64,000 nucleotides of DNA from an uncultured Methanosarcinales archaeon (lineage in GTDB: Archaea; Nanobdellota; Nanobdellia; Woesearchaeales; SM23-78). A program made the position numbers and the translations under genes. Location of the stretch: NCBI GenBank assembly GCA_964354085.1, contig CAYGYA010000049.1:3887-67886 (forward strand). The letters run 5' to 3'. Below, piece by piece: positions 1 through 9,226 of this stretch. The notes beneath the pieces are model-generated. The model searched no databases. It was not told the DNA's origin and was given only the letters and a program-made list of their open reading frames with translations. How positions within the stretch are numbered: the first letter of the stretch is position 1; each line of letters opens with the position of its first letter.

Positions 1-2
1 GG

Positions 3-263
3 ATGATTAATTTCTCAGATGGAATGAACGCAATTCTCACCTATGTTGAACAAATGGGAGAGAGCATTGCAAATAAAACAGGGCTGATATGGAAAGGTAA
101 GCTTTTAGCAGCTAAAAGATACCTGAAAACTCACTTCGACGTTAAGCTAAGCCTTTCTGAGCTAGCCCAAGACGTGAACATAATCAGGGAAGCTATCATA
201 AAAAATTATGAGCAGTACGAAAACCAGTTAATTGAAACCAGGTATGCTCCAAGCAAGCGCTGA
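3..263 (+). CDS. hypothetical protein (window-edge ORF, possibly partial)
   Basis: 86-aa ORF starting 2 nt from the window edge. No recognisable motif. Confidence 0.25.
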   Translation: MINFSDGMNAILTYVEQMGESIANKTGLIWKGKLLAAKRYLKTHFDVKLSLSELAQDVNIIREAIIKNYEQYENQLIETRYAPSKR

Positions 264-375
264 ATTCTTCAGAACATAGAATATAAGTCATAAGGCTCGC
301 CGCCGTTTGAGGCGCTGGAAATTATTAGAATATTCTTGGTTTAAGGTTTTGCGCGCGAAAAATCAGCCATAAGAA

Positions 376-621
376 CTAAATAACAACCAATACCTTCTCT
401 TTGCTCGTATGCCCGCTCTTTATCCTGACATGTCTTTTCAGAAGCTTGTAAAAGAACTTGATTACTTCTTTATTTGCTCTATTATCATAAGCAGGAGCCT
501 TTACTTCAACTATCAATGCCTTCTTGTCATAATCATAGCCAAGCACATAGTTCTGCTTCTTGCCAGGCTTGACTATTATTCTCAGAGAATTATCTTTAAT
601 ATAGTCAGCAGGATTAATCAT
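376..621 (-). CDS. DUF167/YggU-like small protein
   Basis: The segment KAPAYDNRANKEVIKFFYKLL...IKSGHTSKEKVLVV matches the DUF167 pattern (A.P..G.AN.ali.fl ... sG.tSr.K.l). 81 aa. Confidence 0.4.
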   Translation of the reverse strand: MINPADYIKDNSLRIIVKPGKKQNYVLGYDYDKKALIVEVKAPAYDNRANKEVIKFFYKLLKRHVRIKSGHTSKEKVLVVI

Positions 622-625
622 CTTA

Positions 626-949
626 TTAGTTTGAATCGCGCCAGGTATGCTTGCACTTCTTGCATTTCATAAACTTGGTCTCTGCCTCATCCCCTGCTCT
701 CATCTGCTGGGTCCAGAAATAAGCTTTTTCAAAGCCGCACTCAGGGCACTTGACTTCTGTCTCAGGCAGGCCTGTGTCATCCTCTTTAACAACATTGACC
801 TTCTTCTCGTCCTTAGTAATCCTTTCCTTTATCTCTGCAGAGCCAACGTCTTTAGAAGCATAGCCGCAGCTGCATGCAAGCACCTTCTTTTTCTTATCAG
901 TTCTCGGCTTTAGCAATGAGCCACACTTGGGACAAAAAATAGTTGCCAT
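626..949 (-). CDS. tfs: transcription factor S (TFIIS-type zinc-ribbon RNA cleavage factor, RpoM paralog)
   Basis: N-terminal zinc ribbon CPKCGSLL...CSCG and C-terminal TFIIS-type ribbon CPECGFEKAYFWTQQMRAGDEAETKFMKCKKCKHTWR. Start taken at the internal Met (MATIFCPKCG), giving ~108 aa. Confidence 0.85.
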   Translation of the reverse strand: MATIFCPKCGSLLKPRTDKKKKVLACSCGYASKDVGSAEIKERITKDEKKVNVVKEDDTGLPETEVKCPECGFEKAYFWTQQMRAGDEAETKFMKCKKCKHTWRDSN

Positions 950-995
950 ATTACAGAACTCTTTTTTAAGCAGGCGGTTTAAATATTTTGTGCTT

Positions 996-1709
996 TTAAA
1001 GCTGAGGGCTGAACAAACCATAAATGCCTGTTACTTTCATCAGGTCAACAAACCATATCTTTACATAGCCAAGGAAAGGAGCTCTGAACACTGCCTTGCC
1101 TAGAACCTGCTTTTCAAGAACACGAGTCTCATCAAGCTCACTATCCCTTATCTGCATCTTATTATTATCTCCTTTGGTCTGGAACACCCACATACTCATA
1201 TCATCTTTCTTAATAACCCTGTGAATAATCGGATAAGGCTTGCCTGACTGGAAAACAATAACATCTCCAAGCTTTATGTCCCCTGGCTTCTTGCCAATAA
1301 GGAACATTATGTCTCCTCTGTTAAATCCATTCTTAAAAGGGTAAGTTTCAAAATCATCTTTAGTGAGATTCAAGGCAAGGTAATAGTCTTCATTAGTAGT
1401 CCACCACTGGTCAAATGACTGGTGATGTTCCATGCTATTACTCACAACAGCGACTATGGGGAAGTGCGTGCCGAAAATTAGGCCTAAGCCAGGATACACA
1501 ATGAACTTGATAATCACATACGCTAGAATAATATTAACAATCCAGCTGGCTACAGAATTATCATGCCAAATAAAATACCAGACCTTGCCATACCAGGTAG
1601 TAGGGTTCTTAGGCTCTTTCTTATATTCTTTTTTATCAGGAAAACTCTGTTTTCCTGGAACAGCAAGCTTTTGCTTGCTTGTCTCTTTCCTATCTTTTTT
1701 ATTAAACAT
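996..1709 (-). CDS. signal peptidase I, S26B/Sec11-like (archaeal type)
   Basis: N-terminal TM anchor. Catalytic-Ser region VVSNSMEH, GDIMF and GDVIVF boxes, then a C-terminal beta region. Fits S26 family topology. Confidence 0.7.
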   Translation of the reverse strand: MFNKKDRKETSKQKLAVPGKQSFPDKKEYKKEPKNPTTWYGKVWYFIWHDNSVASWIVNIILAYVIIKFIVYPGLGLIFGTHFPIVAVVSNSMEHHQSFDQWWTTNEDYYLALNLTKDDFETYPFKNGFNRGDIMFLIGKKPGDIKLGDVIVFQSGKPYPIIHRVIKKDDMSMWVFQTKGDNNKMQIRDSELDETRVLEKQVLGKAVFRAPFLGYVKIWFVDLMKVTGIYGLFSPQL

Positions 1710-1884
1710 TAAGCATCGTGAAAAGATGAGGGTTAAAAAAGCTTGCGGTTTTAAAACAGCTTAAGCTTATCCCAAACCTTTAAATACCATCTTATCTTCC
1801 CCTTTTTATTAAGGGAGAGGGTGTTAGTATATATGAAAGCTATCAAAACTAGCGTTTTGGAGCTTCATAAAATCCGGTGATTTT

Positions 1885-2757
1885 ATGAAAGCGATTAATC
1901 TCACTCTGTGCTCTTGCAACAAGTACGTAGAGAAAAACCAGTGGAAGCCTTATAAGGGCATTGAAAAGCTCATAACAGACTTGGTGAAAAAGCAAGTTCC
2001 GAATTCTAAGGTTATCTTTAAAAGCCTTGAGATTCCAATGGCAGTCAAGGAGAAGAAGCAGTTCGAGGTCATTGCCAAACTCAAAAAGCAAGAGCATGTT
2101 ATTGATGTTGTTCTCAAGCTTGCCAAGTGCAATCTTTGCGAAAAAGAAGGCACACAGTATTATGAAGCTGTTCTCCAGGTCAGGAGCAATAATTATGACA
2201 TTCTTGACAAAAGCATTGAGTATTTGCAGAAAAGAGTTGAGAATCTCAGGCACAGGGGAATGTTTATTAACCAGGTCGAGAGGCTTGATGATGGCTATGA
2301 CTTGTATGTCACTAACAAGAGCATCGCCCAGAACCTGGGGAGAGAGTTGCAGGATTTATTTGGCGGAGAATACAGGAGCAGTTCTCGCCTTTTCTCCAAG
2401 AGCAGGCAGACCAGCAAGAACATATACAGATTAGCATTATTTGTCAGGCTTCCAGGGTTTGAAAAAAGCGATATTATCCTGGTTGATGACAAGGTTTACA
2501 AGGTAGACAAGCTAGGCTCAAAAATAACATTATTAGACCTGTTAAAAAATAATCATCTCATTATTGACTTCTCAAAGCTAGATTATGCTGTTCTCAAGAA
2601 GCACGTCACCTATGTTGCAAGGACTCATCCCTATCTTGAAGTTATTAATCCTTATGATTTCCAGTCAAGCATGGTAAGAAACCATCCGACTAATAGCTTT
2701 GAGCTCGGACAGGAAGTAAAAGTGGTGGTTCACAAAGGGATATATGTTGTTGATTGA
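1885..2757 (+). CDS. NMD3-family protein (60S export adaptor homolog)
   Basis: N-terminal Cys clusters (CSCNKY, CNLCEKE) and the NMD3-typical LQVRS motif. 290 aa is typical of short archaeal NMD3 homologs. Confidence 0.5.
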   Translation: MKAINLTLCSCNKYVEKNQWKPYKGIEKLITDLVKKQVPNSKVIFKSLEIPMAVKEKKQFEVIAKLKKQEHVIDVVLKLAKCNLCEKEGTQYYEAVLQVRSNNYDILDKSIEYLQKRVENLRHRGMFINQVERLDDGYDLYVTNKSIAQNLGRELQDLFGGEYRSSSRLFSKSRQTSKNIYRLALFVRLPGFEKSDIILVDDKVYKVDKLGSKITLLDLLKNNHLIIDFSKLDYAVLKKHVTYVARTHPYLEVINPYDFQSSMVRNHPTNSFELGQEVKVVVHKGIYVVD

Positions 2758-2785
2758 GAATTTTTTATTTCTATTTTATTTTTTC

Positions 2786-3940
2786 TCATTCTTCCTTCTT
2801 CCTCTCTTTTTTGTACTCATCAACAATGTTCTTTAGAAGGTCGCGTTTTTTCAAAGCTTCTTCAATCGCATTTTTTTCAGCAATTGCAAAATTAGCATTT
2901 TCTTTTGTTATGATACCTTCAGGTTTTAGGAATACAAAAGTGTCGTCGCCGCGCTTGGGAACATTATCAGTTATTATCAATTTAACCTTGCCTTTTAATT
3001 CATCAACCACTTTCTGGCTGATGCTTCCAGGGTTATTAACAAAAATAATATCGCCTTGCTGTATGTCCAAAAATTTTTTTGCGCTGAACTCATCCCAGCT
3101 AAGGTCATCCAGCTTCTTGACCAATACCTTGTTTTTCAAGGCAATCAAGAACTCGTCTTTTCTCCTAAGCTCTTTTTCATAGTGCTGGATAAGCCGCGTA
3201 TTGTCTTTTAGCTGTTTTGTGTAGTGCTTAATACGCTTCTCTTTGAAATCAACAAGCTCTTCCTTGGGAGCGCCCAATACTTTTTTACCTAATCTTTTTA
3301 TCAGGTTATCTTTCTCCCTAATCAGAAAGCTCAGATTCCTATTCTGCTCTTCAAGAAGAATAATCTTTTCCTGCATCTCTCTCAGCATCTTCTCGCTAAA
3401 AGCACTCTTCTCAGTCTCCTTGACAATTTGCCTTGGAGTCTCAATAATCTTTTCCTTGTCTTTCTGCTCTGCCATCGCAAGGCTAGCTTCAAGAGGAAGG
3501 TCTTCATTACGCACCATGATTAGCTTGACAGCTTCTTCAAGCTCTTTCTTATCTTTCTCTTCGAGAAATCTTTCTATCTTGCCAAAAAAATTTTTGTGCT
3601 TATCAAATGCAAGAATAGCAGATGCCAGTGCATCAACTTCATGGGCATTAAGCTTGACATCATAATCCTTTGCAAGCATTCTTTTTTCAGCAACAAGCAG
3701 GTCTTGCCTTGGAAAGAAAAGCTTAGCACCCAGCTTTACTGCAAGGCTTTCTGCAAACCATGGCGGAGGATTCTTGTCACATCCAACAATCAAAGGCCTG
3801 CCAAAGCTGATGATGTTGTTGATGAGCTCGCTCATGGTGAATTCTTTGCCAGAGCCGCTAGTGATGAAATCTCCCTTGTCATTGATTATAGCATAGCCTA
3901 AAGTAGTGCCTGGGTCTACGCCGATGATTAATAATGCCAT
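2786..3940 (-). CDS. DUF460-type archaeal protein with N-terminal RNase-H-like fold and C-terminal coiled coil
   Basis: Begins MALLIIGVDPGTTLGYAIIN, a RuvC/YqgF-like first beta strand with an acidic residue. Long lysine/glutamate-rich coiled-coil middle. Start set at the internal Met. Confidence 0.45.
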   Translation of the reverse strand: MALLIIGVDPGTTLGYAIINDKGDFITSGSGKEFTMSELINNIISFGRPLIVGCDKNPPPWFAESLAVKLGAKLFFPRQDLLVAEKRMLAKDYDVKLNAHEVDALASAILAFDKHKNFFGKIERFLEEKDKKELEEAVKLIMVRNEDLPLEASLAMAEQKDKEKIIETPRQIVKETEKSAFSEKMLREMQEKIILLEEQNRNLSFLIREKDNLIKRLGKKVLGAPKEELVDFKEKRIKHYTKQLKDNTRLIQHYEKELRRKDEFLIALKNKVLVKKLDDLSWDEFSAKKFLDIQQGDIIFVNNPGSISQKVVDELKGKVKLIITDNVPKRGDDTFVFLKPEGIITKENANFAIAEKNAIEEALKKRDLLKNIVDEYKKERKKEE

Positions 3941-3994
3941 ATTCTCAATAGTGAGAAAATTTATATAGTATATTAAGTTTGTCAAAATACAGGG

Positions 3995-5029
3995 GTGATT
4001 GTTATGGATGCTTTTACACGAGGCAAACTAGGCATACTCGCCTGCGATTCTGGAGGGTTTTTTGCACAAAAAGTAGTTGAGGAACTAAATAAAATAATTG
4101 AAAAAGAAGAAGGCTCTGATGGCATTGAGCTTATCAAGACCAAAGAAACCAAGTTCAGCAACACTGAATTAAAAACAGAGATTGAGGAGAGCATCAGGAA
4201 CCAGGACGTATACATTTTTCAGGATGTTGCCAATCAGAATGCTGGCTTAAGTGTTAATGATAATTTCGTAGCCTTAAAAACAGCAATCAACGCAACCAAG
4301 ATGGCTGATGCGCATTACATCACAGCAGTAATACCTGTATTCCCTTATGCAAGGCAGGACAAGGCAAAGACCAGGGAAGGAGTAACAGCTGCCATGGCTG
4401 CAAGGGAACTAGAAGATGCTGGGGCAACGCGCGTAATAACCCTTGATGTTCACAACGAGGCAATTGCTGGCTTTTTCAGGAAAGCCATTCTTGAGAATCT
4501 TCGCGCTTCAAAGAATTTCATGGATTACATAAAAGAGAATATAGGGTTTAATGACCTTGTTATTGTTGCTCCTGATGCTGGCGGAGCTGCAAGAGCTATT
4601 TATTATGCAAAAAAACTAGGCATAAAGCTGGCCTTGCTTCACAAGGAAAGGGATTATTCCAAGGCTAATGTTGTTGAGAACACGCATCTTCTTGGGGATG
4701 TGAAAGGCAAGAAAGCCTTTATTATAGACGATATCCTGGACACAGCAGGCACTATTCTTAATTCCCTGAAAAAAATGAAAGAGCAAGGAGCAAAAGAGAT
4801 TTATGTAGCAGCAAGCCTGCCCTTGCTTACAGGCCCTGCGATTGAGAGGCTGAGCAATGCACACCAAGAAGGAACCCTGACAAGAGTAATAGGCACAGAT
4901 GCGGTTTATCACGGACAAGGATTTGCAAACAAATACCCTTGGTACGTTGAAGTAAGCGTAGCTAAGTATTTTGCAAGAGTCATCTATAACATCAACAGAG
5001 GGATATCAATAAGCAGGCTGCTGGAGTGA
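3995..5029 (+). CDS. prs: ribose-phosphate pyrophosphokinase (PRPP synthetase)
   Basis: PFPYARQDKAKTREGVTAAMAARELEDAGATRVITLDVH and the PRPP-binding loop FIIDDILDTAGT. Start may be the Met 3 codons downstream. Confidence 0.85.
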   Translation: MIVMDAFTRGKLGILACDSGGFFAQKVVEELNKIIEKEEGSDGIELIKTKETKFSNTELKTEIEESIRNQDVYIFQDVANQNAGLSVNDNFVALKTAINATKMADAHYITAVIPVFPYARQDKAKTREGVTAAMAARELEDAGATRVITLDVHNEAIAGFFRKAILENLRASKNFMDYIKENIGFNDLVIVAPDAGGAARAIYYAKKLGIKLALLHKERDYSKANVVENTHLLGDVKGKKAFIIDDILDTAGTILNSLKKMKEQGAKEIYVAASLPLLTGPAIERLSNAHQEGTLTRVIGTDAVYHGQGFANKYPWYVEVSVAKYFARVIYNINRGISISRLLE

Positions 5030-5290
5030 TTATTCCTCCAGGAACTCTTCTACCTCTTTCTTTTTCATTATGTTAAGGGAAACATGCACTTCTCCTGTCT
5101 TCATATAACGATTGAGGAATTCCATCTTGTAAAGTTCTTCTAAAGCCTTCTTTACTTCTTTTGTGCCGCGCATGTGTGTTTTAAATCTTTTAAAGAGGTT
5201 TATTTCTTCTGTATGAGAGGCGCCCCATTTAGGGTGAGTATCATATTTAAGTCTTCTCAGCATTATTTTTTGGATAGTAATCTTATCCAT
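5030..5290 (-). CDS. hypothetical small basic protein
   Basis: 86-aa ORF abutting the prs stop on the opposite strand. No motif recognised. Confidence 0.3.
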   Translation of the reverse strand: MDKITIQKIMLRRLKYDTHPKWGASHTEEINLFKRFKTHMRGTKEVKKALEELYKMEFLNRYMKTGEVHVSLNIMKKKEVEEFLEE

Positions 5291-5437
5291 GAACCTGGCT
5301 ATTTTTCTGCATCTTTATATAATGCCTTGACTAATTTTCGCGATAATTCCGAGCAAAATAAAAAGTATTCGCATCATAATGATACATCCATGTATCAAAA
5401 CGAAACATTTAAATATTTGCCTATATTCTTAAACCTC

Positions 5438-5782
5438 ATGGAAGAAGAAACAATCATAACACATATGCTTGGACACAGCCCAAAAGTAAAGTTAATGGAC
5501 TTGCTGATAATAGGAAGGGAAGCAGAATACTCCATCACAGACATGGCAGAAGCAGCAGGCGTAGGAAGATCAAGCATCTATCGCATGCTGGATGACATGC
5601 TCAAAGACAAGGTGCTGGTAAAAAAAGGAAAATATGGGAGGATACAATTATACCAGCTAAACATGGAAAACCCAGAAGTAAAGCTGCTGGTCAAGTTCTT
5701 TGACGAAGTATCAAAAATAGAATCAGAGAAAGAAATAGCAAGGCAGACCATGAAGATAAAAGTCAAGGCTGCAAAGAACTAG
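5438..5782 (+). CDS. winged-helix transcriptional regulator (TrmB/MarR-like HTH)
   Basis: ITDMAEAAGVGRSSIYRMLDDMLKDKVLVKK is a classic HTH followed by a wing. The internal Met was chosen because the longer ORF overlaps the convergent upstream gene. Confidence 0.5.
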   Translation: MEEETIITHMLGHSPKVKLMDLLIIGREAEYSITDMAEAAGVGRSSIYRMLDDMLKDKVLVKKGKYGRIQLYQLNMENPEVKLLVKFFDEVSKIESEKEIARQTMKIKVKAAKN

Positions 5783-5792
5783 CCATACTATC

Positions 5793-6485
5793 TTATTTAA
5801 TTATTTTCTCCAATGCACTTGGCTTGTCAACTGTATAATCTGCAAATTCTTTTTCTCCGCCAGAAGCATGGCCCCAGCTTACAAAAATTGTTTTTGCTCC
5901 TAGTTTCTTGCCTGCTTCTAAATCACTCAGCTTATCACCTACAATAAACATCAGCTTGCCCCGGGCTTCTAGTCTTCTAAGGTTCTCTTCATTGCTCACT
6001 CCAAGAACAGGAGGCTGCGCATAGATGTAGTCAAACTCAACAGCTATTCCAGCTATCTGGAGCATTCCTGAGATTGTGTCATTCCTTATGCCAGAAACAA
6101 TTGCGAGCTTGTAGCCCAGGCTCTTCACTCTTGATAGTTCATCAACCAAGCCTTTGGGCATTATTTCTTTGCCATATTTCTTTGCAGCCATCCACATGCC
6201 TATCTGAAAAAGATTAGTGGATACTTGGTTCTGGTAAGTTCCTCCATTTATGCTCATGAATTCCAGGTTGTTCTCCCGGTAATTGACCTTCATATCTTTC
6301 TTAAGACCTGTTAATTTCTCAACAAATTCATTATTAACCTTGTAAAGATCATTTGGGTTAGAATGTTCATTTTTAGTTGGCAAGCTCCTCTTAAGGACTT
6401 TTGCCCTGAACAGGTTAGCTTCCTCTATAATGTCAGCTCTTATCAGAGTTCCTGCAAAGTCAAATACAACAATTTTATCAGCCAT
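5793..6485 (-). CDS. HAD-superfamily hydrolase
   Basis: Motif I VVFDFAGTL, motif II-like LAIVSG, C-terminal FIVGDKLSDLEAGKKLGAKTIFV (K...GD.x.D). Start at internal Met MADKIVVFDF. Confidence 0.6.
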   Translation of the reverse strand: MADKIVVFDFAGTLIRADIIEEANLFRAKVLKRSLPTKNEHSNPNDLYKVNNEFVEKLTGLKKDMKVNYRENNLEFMSINGGTYQNQVSTNLFQIGMWMAAKKYGKEIMPKGLVDELSRVKSLGYKLAIVSGIRNDTISGMLQIAGIAVEFDYIYAQPPVLGVSNEENLRRLEARGKLMFIVGDKLSDLEAGKKLGAKTIFVSWGHASGGEKEFADYTVDKPSALEKIIK

Positions 6486-6528
6486 ATAAAGAAGGTAGCT
6501 ATACCGGCTTAATAAAAGTTTCTGAAAA

Positions 6529-8097
6529 TTACTCCTCATCATATTTGCCAAGTGCCATCTGGCCTTTTCTTTTGCTTTTATTTACTTGAACTTTTTCTTC
6601 TCTTAAGTCTTCTCCTACTTGTTTCTTTATAGAGAGAGCAACTTGTTTTCCAACAAGTTGAGTTAGCAGTGGCAAATCTGCTTTCTTCACATCTTCAATA
6701 CCCTTAATCTTATTATTAAATAATTTTCTTGCCCTTATTCTTCCAATGTTTCTAAGCCTGAGCAATGGCAATAATTCTTCTTTTGCACCGTAAGTCAGCC
6801 TCATCCTGACTTTCTCAAACTCTTTTATTAACCCATGCAATTTTATAAGCTTGGATATTTCAACGCAGGAGTAGAGCAGCCAGTCTGCAAGGCTTAGCTT
6901 AACCCTGATCTCTCCTGGCCTGATATTGTATTTCTCAAGCAAGGCTTCTTCATCAACTTCATTAATCCAGTCATAGAAGAACAATGCAGTCTTTATGCTC
7001 TTTAGGTATTCCTCGTATTCTGGCTCAAACATGCTGGGCTCAAGGCTTAATATTGATGAACTGAACATATTATTTTTTTCCTCAATATCATCGTATTCGC
7101 TTACCTTGACATTTAGCAAAGGACGAAGCTCAAGAGTGTATGATACCATTTGCAGGAATGAGAAGTCCTTGAGTATTTTGCTCTCTGCCCTTCTCATGCA
7201 GGTAATCAGGTAATGAACAGTGTATGGGTCAAGGTAGAGTTGGCTTACTCTCTGGCCAAGCAAGGTTGCTTCCAGCTCAATATTCTTGTCATCTTCCTTG
7301 ATAGTAATCATCTCCCATTCCTGCAATAGCTTGAGAATCCTGGTGATTATTGCTTCTATTTCCTTGACATTGCCGAACTGGTGAGCATAAAAGGTTTTCT
7401 TGAAAAAATCCATTAAGCTCTTTTTTGAGCTGGCATAATCTGTTGCTATTAAGCTGAGAACATAAGTCCTTAGCACAGGCTCAACAGCTAGTTTGCTAAG
7501 AATCTCTTCTGGCTCTCCTTGGATATAAGTGCGGATTATCTTTTCTTTTTCTCCATTTGTTTCTGCAAGGCAGATTGCTTCTCCATATTCGTCATTAAAA
7601 TCAGGTCGTCCGGCGCGACCGCAGAACTGCAAGAATTCAAGAACAGGAATCCAAGCCATACCTCTTGGTGATGAAAACCTTTTCAAGTCACGGACTATAA
7701 CGCGAAATGCTGGTAAATTAACTCCGTAAGCTAAAGTCGGCGTCGCGCAAATTATCTTTATATTGCCATTTCTAAAATTATCCTCTATCAATTCCCTTTG
7801 CTGGGAGTGCAAGCCAGCGTGATGAAAAGCAACTCCTTTTTTTGCACATAAAGCAAGCCTCTGGCATTGTTTTGTAGATTTGTCAAGCACCCCGAGGATT
7901 TTTCCAGCCAATTCATCAAGAGCTTCCTTATCCTTGTCATCAACTTTTAATTTAACAGCAATGCGCTCAGCCTCTGCCTCTGCACCGCTCTTAGTATTGA
8001 CAAAAACCAAAGCCTGCTTTTTCTTCTCAAGAGTATCAAGGCAGATGTTAAGAACAGCATGCTCATACACGTGCTTTATCTTTGAGGTTTTTTGCAT
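6529..8097 (-). CDS. Ski2/Hel308-type helicase, C-terminal half only (RecA2 + winged helix + ratchet + HhH); N-terminal RecA1/Walker domain absent
   Basis: Starts directly at the RecA2 domain, with motif IV LVFVNTK, motif V TPTLAYGVNLPA and motif VI QFCGRAGRPDF. WH, Sec63-like ratchet helices and a C-terminal HhH region follow. An in-frame stop lies 4 codons upstream and a tRNA gene sits 24 nt upstream. Confidence 0.7.
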   Translation of the reverse strand: MQKTSKIKHVYEHAVLNICLDTLEKKKQALVFVNTKSGAEAEAERIAVKLKVDDKDKEALDELAGKILGVLDKSTKQCQRLALCAKKGVAFHHAGLHSQQRELIEDNFRNGNIKIICATPTLAYGVNLPAFRVIVRDLKRFSSPRGMAWIPVLEFLQFCGRAGRPDFNDEYGEAICLAETNGEKEKIIRTYIQGEPEEILSKLAVEPVLRTYVLSLIATDYASSKKSLMDFFKKTFYAHQFGNVKEIEAIITRILKLLQEWEMITIKEDDKNIELEATLLGQRVSQLYLDPYTVHYLITCMRRAESKILKDFSFLQMVSYTLELRPLLNVKVSEYDDIEEKNNMFSSSILSLEPSMFEPEYEEYLKSIKTALFFYDWINEVDEEALLEKYNIRPGEIRVKLSLADWLLYSCVEISKLIKLHGLIKEFEKVRMRLTYGAKEELLPLLRLRNIGRIRARKLFNNKIKGIEDVKKADLPLLTQLVGKQVALSIKKQVGEDLREEKVQVNKSKRKGQMALGKYDEE

Positions 8098-8120
8098 TAC
8101 GATACCTTCAGAATCATTAA

Positions 8121-8256
8121 TGGGCCCGCGGAGAGTTGAACTCCGGACCCCACGATATCTGTGCTGGCGTCCGCAGAAATCAGAGATTTCTGGGTTCTCG
8201 CGCTGATGCGCTTCGAATATCAGTCGTGTGCTCCAGCCAGGCTAAGCTACGGGCCC
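8121..8256 (-). tRNA. tRNA-Ile (anticodon GAU) with a ~61-nt intron at the canonical 37/38 position
   Basis: Hand fold of the reverse complement. Acceptor GGGCCCG/CGGGCCC, D-stem GCUU/GAGC, anticodon stem CACGA/UCGUG with loop CU-GAU-A, T-arm CGGAG-UUCAACU-CUCCG, discriminator A, no encoded CCA. Confidence 0.55.
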
Positions 8257-8267
8257 AATGATAAAAA

Positions 8268-8382
8268 CGCCTCCAGCCGGATTTGAACCGACGACCGCGC
8301 GGTTACTTTCCTTCTCTTACCCAGATATTTCTGAGCAAGGCGAAGCTAACAGCCGCGAGCTCCACCGCTAAGCTATGGAGGC
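8268..8382 (-). tRNA. tRNA-Asn (anticodon GUU) with a ~43-nt intron after position 37
   Basis: Hand fold. Acceptor GCCUCCA/UGGAGGC, D-stem GCUU/GAGC, anticodon stem CGCGG/CCGCG with loop CU-GUU-A, T-arm GUCGG-UUCAAAU-CCGGC, discriminator G. Confidence 0.5.
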
Positions 8383-8571
8383 ATTTCGTCTCTTCTTTCG
8401 AAGAATACACCTTTTTAAATAGTTTATGGTTAAGAGCAATCTTTGATTTGTAACCACTGTTTAATAGGAACAAAACGAAACATTTATATAGTAAGCTCAT
8501 CACATATAGAAGAAAGATATATATAGTTTAAAATCATAGGTTACGTGTTTTCCAAAAAGGGAGGGACAACC

Positions 8572-9213
8572 ATGGACACACCTGGAACGCCAGTTAAAAT
8601 ACCAAGATTAGAAGAGATAATAATAAATAATAAAAGAGTAAGAGACTTGATACAAAGTGTAGAACCAGAATACAGAGAATTCTTTGTAATCAACACCCAA
8701 TCAGTCATGCTTGAGAAAGGCTTACCCCTAGAAAGGTTTTCAGATGTACTATACCTAAGAAGGTGCGCTCCTGAGTTTGTTGACCAATTAATAGAAGCTG
8801 CTAACAAAGTAGAGTACAAAGCACAAAAGCTCAATCTGAAATTTGAAGAAGTGGTGTATGGTGCGCTCGAAAGGGCAGGAATAGAAAACTTAAAATACAG
8901 TCATGACTGCCCTAGCTATTGTTATCTCCTTACTGCTGTTGATGCTCTAGGAGGCATGGATTTTCAAAAGAACAGGGAATCTATACTTAGAGAAGCTAAA
9001 GCAGACAGATTTTCAGGTGACAGCGCTAAAAATCAAGAAATAATCAGACTGCGAGGGCTAAAAGTACTGGATAACTTGCTTTGCCCAGGAATAGGCATTG
9101 CAGAAGAACTAACCGCAAAAGCTATGAGTGAACCTCAAATGCCAAAACAGGATTATGCCAAGATGTTAGGACCTGGAAAAAAAGAATATCAGCCACTGCC
9201 AAAGAAATTGTGA
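8572..9213 (+). CDS. hypothetical protein
   Basis: 213 aa. Start chosen at the ATG preceded by GGGAGGG 7 nt upstream. No recognisable domain. Confidence 0.45.
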   Translation: MDTPGTPVKIPRLEEIIINNKRVRDLIQSVEPEYREFFVINTQSVMLEKGLPLERFSDVLYLRRCAPEFVDQLIEAANKVEYKAQKLNLKFEEVVYGALERAGIENLKYSHDCPSYCYLLTAVDALGGMDFQKNRESILREAKADRFSGDSAKNQEIIRLRGLKVLDNLLCPGIGIAEELTAKAMSEPQMPKQDYAKMLGPGKKEYQPLPKKL

Positions 9214-9226
9214 AACAGTAAAAAAA

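Noticed and set aside
5174-5437. N-terminal 88 codons of the long ORF 5174..5782
   Set aside because: This part overlaps the convergent gene 5030..5290 and has a Phe/Ser-rich junk-like sequence. The HTH domain starts at the internal Met at 5438, which has an AT-rich upstream region.
8303-8503. 66-aa minus-strand ORF
   Set aside because: It lies entirely across the tRNA-Asn gene and the tRNA-Ile/Asn spacer on the same strand. It is a spurious ORF within structured RNA.
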